Source of the DNA: Polymyxa betae A26-41
Taxonomy: Eukaryota > Protista > Endomyxa: Phytomyxea
Direction of reading: 5' to 3'
NCBI GenBank assembly: GCA_003693705.1
Contig: RBZT01000846.1
Coordinates: forward strand, 1 to 64,000
Length of the DNA: 64,000 nt
The notes beneath the pieces are model-generated. The model worked only from the letters and a program-made list of their open reading frames with translations, was not told the origin of the DNA and ran no database searches. The translations under genes were made by a program, and so were the position numbers. This document shows, piece after piece, positions 50,250-61,428 of the stretch. Numbering within the stretch: the first letter of the stretch is position 1; the number at the start of each line of letters is the position of its first letter.

Positions 50250-52074
50250 CTATTGACCGCGCTTTCGCTTACCGCGACCGGCGGCTTTCTTCTTAGGCGG
50301 GGCTTTCTGTGAGTCCTCCTCCACAGCAGCAGTACTGGCAAATGGGTCTAATTCAGACGCTTCATACAATGCAAACGAAGAGATCTTCTTGCGATTGTTG
50401 CTCTCTGAATCATCCATCAAGAAAATGGTGAAACCGTTGCCGCAGGCAACCTGAAGAGTGATCTAGACGCTTTCATAAAACAATGAATCGATCACGACAA
50501 AGCGACAACAGACCATGCCTTCAACCGGCATGCACTTGGCCGGCCTGGCCGATGTTTTCTTCCCGTTTGCTCCTCCTGCCAATTCCCCATGGATGGCCTG
50601 GCCCCATAGAATCGCCGACGATTCCGCAGAGACGCCGAATGTCGTTTTGCTGGCCGACAACGAACGCACGTGCCATCCTCGGAGATCATCACACATCATG
50701 GGAGTCATCATAGCATCGCCACTGGTTTTGACTTTACCCCACCTACAAGACAACCGTACAAAACAATAACGCAGCGAATCGGATCAAACAGCAGTTAGTT
50801 ACCAGAACGTGCCATGTGGTCCAGAAAGCATTGTCGATGTTCCACCACAGGTCAGAAGACATTCAGTTGGAGCAGCACGAGGGCCAGAGAACCACTCCAA
50901 TCTTCTCGGACGCAACTCGTCTTTCTGAACGCCATGACCCAGTCGGCCATAATCGCCACTTCAATCACTTAGATTTAATTTGACAGTTCAGGATGAAATT
51001 CATTTTACCATCCCCAGGTGAACACAGATCCTGGAAAACGTCAGCATCGGAACACAAATTCATTTGAATAAAGCTCACCTGCTTCGGTAACACAAACCGA
51101 GTGGTTGACGCCAGCCGCCATGTTAGTGACATTGTCGAGTCCATGGATGAGTTTTGGCTTCGGCTGAGGCTCAACCTCCATCTTGATCGAGTGCGTCTTG
51201 GAGTTATACGTATGGGTGTTGCCATCACCAAGGCATCCATTCTCCCCACTACCACAAGCATACAGAGCTCCTAAGAAGCGACTCTTTAGAGGGTCATGAA
51301 ACAGAATGAGAATTGCAAAAACCTTCATCCGTAAGCAGCAAAGTGAAGTCGCTACCACATACCGCCTTTGTCACCTTCTTTGATAACGACACACTGCCAA
51401 ACCTTTCGAATTGGGTGGTATCGCCAGCATTGCCGAGTTGACCTGGTTTCGGCATTAGCAGATGACACGAGAAAAAGTCACAGCAGACCGAGTTTGTTAT
51501 CCCCTGAACTGAGCGCCTTTCCATCAGCTTGCACAAAAACGGTATGGGCTCTGCCACAAGAGCCCCATACAGCGTCGGTTATCTCAGGAACAAGCACAGG
51601 CTGATTACGTTGTACACGATCGCCCAATCCAAGCTAAATGACACGATTAGGGTTGCGAAACCCTCGGAGGGAAAAACCTGCATACTTGGCCTTCGACATT
51701 TCGCCCCCAAACATAAGCGTTGCCATTAACATCGATAACAAGAGCATGCAGTGCAGCACAGCCTGCAATAAGTTCGATATCTCTGGCAGAAAAGTATTAC
51801 AGGCCTTACCACTAGCAACGAAGCGAACTTTGATCGTTTCAAGCGACAGTAATCGGTGTGGCGCCAGCAAGTCCTGGTAGAAGTCGTTTCGCTCCACTTC
51901 GGCTTCGGTCGGCTGCTTCCCTTTAACTGGGAACTTCCTCATCATCTGCGATACACATCTCAGCTAGGCCGCGAGGCTAGAATCCAGATCAAGTCCAACA
52001 TTCTCGAAATCGGTGCCGCCAGCAAACAGAACAACGCCACTGGTCTCCGGCTGCGAATCATCTTGGTCGGACAT
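50250..52074 (-). CDS. RCC2: RCC2/TD-60 (RCC1-repeat protein), multi-exon
   Basis: GVVLFAGGTDF..QDLLAPHRL..VRFVASG, WGRNVEGQLG, CGSDFT, GSGENGCLGDG, YGRLGH and WGQAIHGEL..KKTSARP. Confidence 0.88.
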
Positions 52075-52284
52075 GGATGCTGGGAATGGGAATGTGGTTT
52101 ATAACAGCAGGCAGACCACCAATCGCGAATGAAAGAGCAGCGAATATAACTGCGTACGTTGTTTAGTGTCCATTGATCTAATAAGCTGCTGCTGTGGGAA
52201 TCTCAGAGGTTGATCCTGAGTGATGATGACGAAATGATCAAATGTATGATAACGGAGAGTAGCGAGATGTGACAACAATCGGTT

Positions 52285-53220
52285 TTATGAAGTTTTCAAT
52301 TCAGATCGGGGAGCCCGGACGGTGCAGATCAGCAAGGAGCCCAGGATTAGGATTGGGACTGAGAAAACGTTCTGTTCCGGGTTGAAATAATGGCTGACCA
52401 GCGTCGCGAGGACGAAGAAACTCCCCAAACTGGCTATCAGCAACAAATGCGACACGAACGCATGCTTGAAATTGTAGTTGATGAAAAAGTAAAAGAAGTA
52501 GCCTAATGATTACTTAAGCACGAAGAAACCACAACAAAGGACTTAAATCGAACCTAAACGGCTAGCCACAGCCCACGAGAAGATGATATAACCAACGCCG
52601 TACAGCAAGGCGAACGGCAGGTGAGCAAGCTTGACTTCGACTTGATTGAGAACAATCTCTGCGACCATGAAGAAGACATTGGCGTTATGCATCATCAAAG
52701 CCGGCAGCGTGAAGAATCCGCTGAGATCCGATTGGGTTCGAGCAACGGTCGGGATAAGAACGAACGAGACGACACTCGTGACGAGCAACGCGATCGATAA
52801 CGACACCTCGAACAGAACGACTGCAGCCCGAATGGGCAGATAGGATCTGTTGACCAGCTCGAAATGCAAAGCTAAGGTCAAGGTGTAGAACAGGAACTGT
52901 AGGCACCAGGACCAAACAGTGAATGTACAGAACCTGCTTAATCCGACGAGACGAATTTCAGTCGTCGTTAAGTCAACTTTATGTACAAGAATAGGCCGTC
53001 CGATCTTATCGCTGTGCATATAGATGATGGTCGCGAGAATCGACACCCAGATCGCCACACGAATAGCGATCAGAACTGGCTCGGAGACGACTGCCGACTG
53101 CAGCAGGTGCTGGCACAGCAGAGCATCGTCGGGGCGCCCGTCCGTCCATAGGAACAGGCTGGACAGGCTGGCGACGGTGACGACGATGACTAAGCTGCAG
53201 AGAGGCTTGAATCCTGACAT
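52285..53220 (-). CDS. Multi-pass membrane protein, FAR-17a/AIG1-like, 2 exons
   Basis: About 8 hydrophobic segments; FCTFTVWSW, LMMHNAN and FYFFINY motifs. Confidence 0.6.
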
Positions 53221-53492
53221 ATCAATGAGGAATGTTCAGGTCGTCGACAGCTCTGGTCCGTGAGGCTTTCGGCGGACGCGTCGCCCTTGCTGAACAGGCA
53301 ACTGATCTTATTGAAATCTAGTTGCAAGGTGCTATTTTCTCCGCCGGTTTGTTGGGAGCTGATCGTCTTCGCCTTCCAAACGATTCCACCAATGACAGAG
53401 CTGCATTGATAACTGATGGGGTGGTGGGGTGTATTGGGGTGTTGAATTAAGGGGCGGCTGCGCCCACACTGCTTTAATGTTCTGGAAGAAAC

Positions 53493-54621
53493 ATGACGAT
53501 GGGTGCCACTAAGCGGCTACTCACAGAAACTGAATCAGACTGTCAGAGCATGGAAGAGACAGTGAATGCTGAGCTAGGACCGCCTCGTCTATCGCCATGG
53601 GATCGAACCGTGCATCATTGGAAGGCCAGCATCCTGCCAGATATCGCCTCCGAAGTAGCCATGTACACAGTTCTGGCCTTGATTATCTGCATCATGCACA
53701 GGCAGGGGATCAATATCGCGCCGCCAGATTCGTTTTTCAGTGCTGTCTCGATCGTCGTCGCCTTTCTGCTCGTGTTCCGAACGAATACGGCATACGATCG
53801 GTTCTGGGAGGGTCGGAGGCTCTGGACATCGATCACCGTATCTGTTAGAAACTTTGCTCGAACTGTCTCTGTCAACATGAAAGACTCTGATAGCGAAGCG
53901 GGATGGGTTCTGAATGCTCTTATCGACACCATCATTGCGATCAAGGATTATCTACGAATTGAGTCCAGCTTTGGTAAGAAGAACGCTCACAATTCGTTGG
54001 GGCGATTTTATCGTAACCCATACAGCCGAAAGAACTTTGGCCAAGCCACGATTAGCCTGGACAGCGATAGCAAAATGAGATCGTTGCCAGAGCATACCTT
54101 GAGGCCACTGCAGTTACTGGCCGAGATCCAAACATGGGTCCATCAGCAATCGAAAGTTCATAGGATTGATACCGTGCAGCAGCAGATTCTATACAGTCAG
54201 ATAGCAAATTTGACTGATTGCTATGCTCAGTGCCAGAGAGTGTTAAAGACGCCGATTCCACCCGCCTACAGGATCCATTTAAAGCATATTACCGGCCTAT
54301 TCTGCATCATGTAAGTCGATTAAGCGTGATTTCAGTACATTCAGAAACTGGGTCAGATTTCCTTTCTCAACTGTTGCCAAGAGTGGCTTTTACACAGTCC
54401 CAATTTCGATGGCTGTATTCTTTGTTGTAATCGGTGTGAAAGCTATCGGAAGCGAAATCGAAAATCCGTTCGGGTAAGATGCTTTCTCCTAACTGTTTGC
54501 GACAGCAGGATAAACTGGGTTCAGATATGATTACAACGATTTACCGTTGGATATCTTCTGCGAAATCGCCCAGCTGGAACTTGAAATTTATCAAAATGTC
54601 AAACGACATGTTGCATCATAA
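53493..54621 (+). CDS. Bestrophin (RFP-TM/UPF0187-type) anion channel, 3 exons
   Basis: FLLVFRTNTAYDRFWEGRRLW, CQRVLKTPIPPAY and IGSEIENPFG.DYNDLPLD. Confidence 0.92.
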
Positions 54622-54649
54622 CGAAGCAATTTTTTTAAACAAAATTAGC

Positions 54650-55290
54650 CTACTGTGTATTAACAAGATGTTCCGCTTTTTGAGAAGTTGGGATATCCTC
54701 CCCACGAACTACGATCCCATGTTGGCTCTAACCAGAATTAAGTTCAAAATCACAAAACGAAAGGAAAGAAAACGTACTTTGAATTCATTGAGCTCGTCTT
54801 CCTTTTGCTTTAGTTTCGTGCTCAAGGTCGAAATTAGCTCCTGAATCTGGGCAGAAGTTTCAGCTCAGAACGTACAGAAATCGCGTGCTTGGTACCTTGG
54901 TGTTATTGTTGTCAACAGCTGGCAATACTTCACCGACCGTCCTCTGAACAAGGACGTTGTTGATAAGTCTGAAACATTCCCTTTCTGGTTCCAGTTTATG
55001 AAGAGTTTTCAACACCAATCTGCAACCACCAGAGAGTCAATAGGTTGATGCCGATAATATGAATGAAGTCGTGAAATAGCTCTAACCCGTATTTTAAGAA
55101 AAAACAAACCAAATGGAAAAAGTATTTCAGAAAATCCATTCGATTACTCATGCTCTACACGGTCACCGTCTAACTCCTGCATCTTCTCGAAGATGGCGGC
55201 AATTTCCTGGCGCCGCTGCTCGAACTCCTCTAGGATCGCTTCATGGTTGCTGGCGCCCGCTGTCGGTTTGGCGGCTACTTCGGACGACAT
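54650..55290 (-). CDS. PFDN2: Prefoldin subunit 2, 4 exons
   Basis: EHELVLKTLHKLEPERECFRLINNVLVQRTVGEVLPAV..ELNEFK. Confidence 0.92.
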
Positions 55291-55309
55291 GGCGCTAGAT
55301 CCTTGAGAA

Positions 55310-56828
55310 ATGACGACAATGACAAATGTGAGTTCTGGACTGCGCAGTAGTAATGTGCCGTTTTTCGAAGCAGCAGCTGAAGGGAGCGACCTCCTCCCTT
55401 ACGTAGGTAATGTGATGTCATTTCATTTTTGAAATCCCAATCACATCTTCACTATGACTCTGCCTCTGAGAGGGAATGTCTTCGTCTCTGGCACAACAGC
55501 GCTTCGGAGCTCAACGTCTGTTATCTTGCCTAGAACGAGGTTATTGAATGCTGATGTTGATTAGAGTCGGGACATGTCGGGTTATAATGTGTCAGGCACA
55601 GCAGAGGCTGTGGCAAGATTTATCTGTCTTGTCAGCTTCCGATCCAGGTATGCATTCTTTGGTTTGATCTTTATAGACTTCTTAGTTCTTGCAGAACCTT
55701 TCGGTGTGATCAATCAAATCAGAGACGCTACTGCTTTGAATTGCAGCGCTGTTCCTTCATCTGACATCTATGTATGCAACAAACTTGAGTACTTGTTTAT
55801 CAAGGTTGACGATCTTCATCAATCCGAGGTCAGCTTTGTGCGAACTTGTCTCCACCATGAACTCATTATATGATTAACAGATTATAAATGGTCTAAATCG
55901 GGCTCAAGGTTTCATTACTGACGGACAAGTAACATCTCTGGGTTTGCTGTCAGAGCGAGCATTCAAAAACGGAAGCGGTCAATCCTTTCTTCCTTCTTTA
56001 TTTCAAGTTTTACGGGAAGAACGTCTCGATACGCTCTGTACTGCTATTCGAGCGCCTTTTAATCTCTTCGAACCAGATTTGCTCCAGAACGGCTCCATTG
56101 AATTTGCCAAAGCTAACGGCTTGCTTGTTTTCGGGGAACGTGCCCTAATGATGCGATCCCGGACTGATACGAATTCGAAATCGTATACTTTGCTACGTTC
56201 AACATCATCTCATGGCGATCTTGATTTAGCTCGACCGCTGAAGTTGGCTTTGAATAACGTGATTCATCTCGAGAAGCGAGCAGAAGCAGCTGGAGCATGC
56301 CTTCCTTGGGGACGACGCATTGCCAGCAATCATAGTCAGCTGATGAACCTTTATGCTTGGAAGCGCGCGCTTGAATCCAAAATTGAGCCTGGAATAGAAA
56401 TCTGTTTAGAACAGCTTCGCAGCCAACCAGATCATAAGTTTTGGGCAGATCATTACGAAGAATCGTTTCGTGTAAGGCTTCATTGCGACCCTGATGTTTG
56501 CCACAGTTAACTTCATCAATAGACGCTAATTGAACGCATGACCCTAGCAGTTGAACATGCCGCTCATCATGAAAACGAGGCTGTTATGTCGGTATTACAT
56601 GATATTGGAGGATATGATCCAGCATTATCAATCGAACAAGCCGTCACTTCTGTTTTACAGCAAGCTGGTGCTGATGTCTTGTTTTCTCCTGGCGAGTCAT
56701 TGACCATTGATGGCGAGTTGCCCGCGCGAAAGCGCGAAGTCGAAAAGATATTCAATCACATCTCTAGCAATTTATTCTATTTTGAAAAAGCAGCACGATT
56801 GTTACCGTCTGCTAAGGTTGCCGCTTAA
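55310..56828 (+). CDS. Divergent aldo-keto-reductase-like protein, multi-exon
   Basis: GQVTSLGLLS, AIRAPFNLFE..IEFAKANGLLVFGERAL and QAGADVLFSPG resemble AKR barrel strands; the N-terminus is poorly conserved. Confidence 0.45.
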
Positions 56829-57120
56829 ATGTACTCAGCCTCATCGAACTCTTTCTCGAATTCAGGTATATATTGAATACAAATTTATTGATCATCGATA
56901 TTCGTTGCTCAGGTTTGTTCGTTCGTAATCTGGTTTATCAGTTTCGGACACTATCGTGTGGCTTTAACAGCAGATCGTGAAATGATTATTGTTGCCAGCA
57001 TTCTTCAATTGGTGCCTATAGCCATATACTTTGAGCAAATCGAAGATCGAGATAGTACGAATTCTCTGCCTGGGTCGTACTAGATATTAAGTTAAAGTAG
57101 TCTGAGCGCTGCTATAAGCA

Positions 57121-59301
57121 ATGTCATCAAAATCGTCATCGGCGTCGTCGTCGCTTCCATTCCTTCCCGGGTACTCGATTCCCGTGGACATCCCACAGGC
57201 CTTCCATAAGCAGCACCAGTTTGACCTGAGCTATGGCGTTCCTGTCACCGACGTCTACGAACATAGGCAGCTCGATCGGCCGATCCATACTGACGACAGA
57301 TTCCCAAAAGAACGTCCTGGCTACAGCGGCATTGAACCTGATAAATGGCACAAGAAGCTTCCAGCTCGTAATCCGAAAGAAATTCCTTTGTCGCGTCTAC
57401 CCCCATGGATCGTCTATAACAATCATGTCCTACGATTTAAGGCGTACTTCAAGGACACGCTCCAAGAACGACCGAACGAATTCGAACGTATTCGAGCGTG
57501 TACGATCTTTTATCACCTGGAGGACGATTCGATTCAAATCGAAGAAGTTAAAGACCAGAACAGTGGCATGAAGCAAGGCGTGCTTATCAAACGCCATCAA
57601 ATTCCCTTCGATGCCGATCGATACGTGAAAATCCAGGACCTTGCTCGCATCGGGGGAGAGATCACCTTCTACGCCAAGACTTTCCGCATCACAGAAGCAG
57701 ATCCGTTCACCCGACGGTTCCTAGAAGATGCTCTCGGCATCACTCTGGGGCAAACTGAGCCAGCTCCAGTCGACGCGTTCCACTCTCAGCTGGCCGCCAT
57801 GACCCGCCGGACCGAAAATCAGAGCATGAAGCAGGCTAGCGATATTACCAAATTTGTCGAAGCTCAGCAAGGCAAAGCGATGCGGCCGGCATTGCTTCGG
57901 ACGCGTCGGTTCCTGGCCCGCGATCGTCAAGTGTTGCGATTCTGGGCCGTCTGGAGCGATCCAGGCCTGTACGGCGAACTGCGTCCTTTCATCATCCATT
58001 TCTTTTGTGCTGATGGGACCCTGGAAGTTCTAGAAGTAAAACAGCCGAATTCGGGGCGCGATCCGTTCCCGGCCCTCGTTAAACGCGTGCATCTGCCAAA
58101 GCATGCTGTCCACGCCAATCAAGCTCAGATCGGCGCCGACGAATCCGTTCAGGTCGATGGCGGCGCCTTCTACAACGAGAAAGATTTTCGAATCGGCAGC
58201 AAGATCAACGTGTTCGGGCGCGAGTTGATCTTGACCGATACCGACCAATACACTCGCGATTTCTACAAGCGTCAGTACGGCCTGAGCGACGCCGAGCTGG
58301 CGCCAGCCCCTCAGGTCACCCCCGACGAACATGCCTATCACCAAGAACGATTACGTGCAACATCTGACGAGCCGAATGGGTATGAGTCACACCCGATTGC
58401 CTTCAATGCTCTTCCATTACGCTTCGAGGTTTGAGCGAAGTGAAACATGATTCGAAATTTGAAAGAATGTTTCTAGGCACTTTTGACCACCCGTAGACCA
58501 GAGGATCGTGACAGGCGCTTTGTCGTGACGTTCTTCAAAGACGATTCCACAATTGCTATATTCGAAACGAAGGTTGGCGAATTGTCGTTAGGCTAACTGG
58601 TGAGAGATAACCAACATCTGCTTAGGTTCGAAATTCAGGATTCGTTGGTGGAAAGTTCCTGTAATACCATTTTACTTTGTGTCCTTGACGTTTTGCTGAG
58701 TTCTGTATATAAAGCGAGCGAACATTCCTGCCTGACGTAACAAGCGAAAAGTTTTATATCGGTTCGGACATCAAGCTGAATGGATTCCCGTTCCAATTGA
58801 CAGGGGCAGATATGTTCACATTGCAGTTTATGGTGGGCTTGCAATATTCAAATAACTGTTATGGAAATTTGTGCTTAATCAAAAGTTAGGAGTCGCATGC
58901 GGATCTGTTCCCACCTGCAAACATCGATGTCGTTGAAGGAAAGCTTCGCGTGCAGCTACAGCAACTGGGAGAATTAACGTCTGCTTTACTCTCTGAAGCT
59001 AATGCTATTGCAGAAAAGAATACAATCGGTAGTGATGATGGAAGAATAATTCTCCAAATGTTTCTTATTTTTAACAGAAATCCATACATTGAAGCGCCTT
59101 TTCGATAAATTCGGCGTCAATTTATCCATACATGAATGCCTAACTTTATCGCGAAGCTTCAATCGGGAATCGTCTGGCACGATCAGGTTAGCAAACCACG
59201 AAGCATTGCAAACCCCGAATTGAATGATAACATAGTGTCGGCGACCTGGAGACCCTGCTAACGCACTAATCTGCGAGACGACAACGAGCGATGTTATATG
59301 A
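57121..59301 (+). CDS. EFHC1: EFHC1/RIB72 axonemal protein (three DM10 domains plus a degenerate EF-hand tail)
   Basis: LPFLPGYS; VLRFKAYF..YHLEDDSIQI..NSGMKQG; VLRFWAVW..NSGRDPFP; LRFEA..RRFVVTFF..RNSGFVGGKFLER. Confidence 0.92.
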
Positions 59302-59454
59302 ATAAAAGATACGAGATGTGTTAACATAGAGAGAGAGAGAGGGAGTTACATCACTAAATGTGATGGGGACAAAAGGGTGACCCTTGGGGTCTCCCACCAT
59401 TATGGTGGTGGCCTCCTGTATGGTGTGACACTTTATCATCTGGATTTCCAAGTC

Positions 59455-60060
59455 ATGGTGTATCCTGCTGCTGACCAGTTCAATGCCGACGCCGATCGGT
59501 TCGTTCGCATCCTGAACGTAATGGACGCCGATATTCGAAACCTGTGCGAGTCGGAGGATGCCCATGCAACTCCTATCGACAAGCGTCTGCATCGGCGACA
59601 ATCGCTTGGGTTGGATCTCGATCAAAAATCAGAACTGAAATCGGTTCTGGACCAATGTACTGAGTATAAGCTTGCAGCGCAGCGATCTAGAAAGGAATGT
59701 AAATTACTTCAAGAACAGAATGTGGCTCTGAATCGGGAGATGGAAGCCATGAGAGAGAAAAACGCCAGTATGGCTCGAATGCTGGCTTTATTGACAGGAA
59801 AAGAGGACGATCTAAGACTAACAACACCATTGAGCGATTTACGACAGGCAAGGTCTCAGTTAATGAAGTCTCTGCGCTCGATCAACGACACAATCGACAA
59901 GAAAGTGAAATCGTTGGATACCTGTGTTATCTGTCAGGAGGTTGTTGGCGACAATAATCTGAGATCGTGTCGCCAACAGCATCTCATAGTCTGTACACGA
60001 TGCAATATGTCGAAATGCCCAATCTGTCACGACCAGATCATCTATAAAACGACCATTTGA
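59455..60060 (+). CDS. Coiled-coil plus C-terminal C3HC4 RING-finger protein (putative E3 ligase), intronless
   Basis: CVICQE..CRQQHLIVCTRC..CPIC at the C-terminus, preceded by a heptad-rich helix. Confidence 0.8.
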   Translation: MVYPAADQFNADADRFVRILNVMDADIRNLCESEDAHATPIDKRLHRRQSLGLDLDQKSELKSVLDQCTEYKLAAQRSRKECKLLQEQNVALNREMEAMREKNASMARMLALLTGKEDDLRLTTPLSDLRQARSQLMKSLRSINDTIDKKVKSLDTCVICQEVVGDNNLRSCRQQHLIVCTRCNMSKCPICHDQIIYKTTI

Positions 60061-60835
60061 CTTATAGCGAGGATTGGATAAACATTTAGTGAGGATTGCT
60101 AAATATAAGGAATATAACCATAGATAGAGGGATTGGTGCTCCAAATATTAGGATGAGCGCTTGAACGATGGTACAAAACGGGACATAAACATCAAGAGAG
60201 CACGATGAAAACCTGGTCAGACTCTTGATCGTAACAGCTCCAGGCCCGTGCATATCGGTAGAGAAGACTTGGATGTCCTTCTGAGTTCAAGTTGGCTAAA
60301 TCTAAAGTCTCGTAGCGAAATCGACATGTGCTTCCACAGGCCGTTCGAGCTGGAAGAGTCACGTTCGTAGCGCTTGCATGCTGAGGCAGAGACTGCGGAA
60401 TCAGTCTGAGGGCGTTTGCGGCTTACAGAGTCCATGGTGACGATCGATTGGAGACAGTTTTTGTAGGCAGACGAGATAAGAGAATGGCTCAGAAGGCACT
60501 CCGGATGTGGCGGCTAAAGAACCTGAGAAGATTCGAAATGAGTGATCAGGAATGCCTGAAACGTAGACCAGAGTGGACAGATGGGGCGTCCAGTAACGTC
60601 ACTCCAGGGATCGGAAGAGCACAGGGGCCACCAGTCGGCGCAACTTCTAATAATAGCCGTGTGGATAGAAATTAATGATCGAGGGGCCGAGGGCACGTTG
60701 GTGTGTCCATACACTGGTGGCCAGTCGCACTCTGTCGCTTGTCCCCATAGGTAGACTGACGCGGAACCCAACGACCAACCCCTTTGGTCATCCATGACGG
60801 CCCCATGTCACACTGTCTCACCGGGCCGATGTTTC

Positions 60836-60846
60836 CCTATTTATAG
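60836..60846 (-). promoter_or_regulatory. TATA-box-like element (CTATAAATAGG on the minus strand)
   Basis: Consensus TATAAATA about 40 nt upstream of minus-strand ATGs near 60795-60807. Confidence 0.35.
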
Positions 60847-61428
60847 CCAAGTCCAGGCGATTCAGTGCGGTTTGTGGTCAATCTCACTCGTTGACAAAGT
60901 ATCGTGGCAGATTTGACCTTTCCATGAGCTCTTCGATGATGAGTGAATCGTCACATGCGTTGGGTTTTCGGCCATTCAAGCTTTTTCCATGCGTTTATTA
61001 ATTTGTTATGATCAGTAGATTTATTAATATAATTATTTTTTTTAATATGTAATACAGACCAGAGTGGCCAGATGTGGCGTCCAGTGCTGATAGTCATCCC
61101 AGGGACCCGAAAAGCACAGGGGCGGCGCCTGCTGACTGCAATGCTCCAATTTCAGTATAAACCGAATGAACAAGTATCAGATCCAAAGTCTAATTGTTCT
61201 CTTAAATTTGCACATCGATGTACAACATATCGATTCCCAGCTCATCAGATGATGAGATATTTGAGATAGGCGAATCTAGAACTGTGATCTATTTACATTC
61301 TACAGTAGTCGGAGGAGTAAGTAATGTTACCTTGCTGTAAGCAAGGCTGAAGGCAGAGCGCAATTGTTGCGCATATTCTCCTATCTATTTTAGAAAGCTT
61401 TTCATTTTCAGCTCGTAATTTGGGACCG

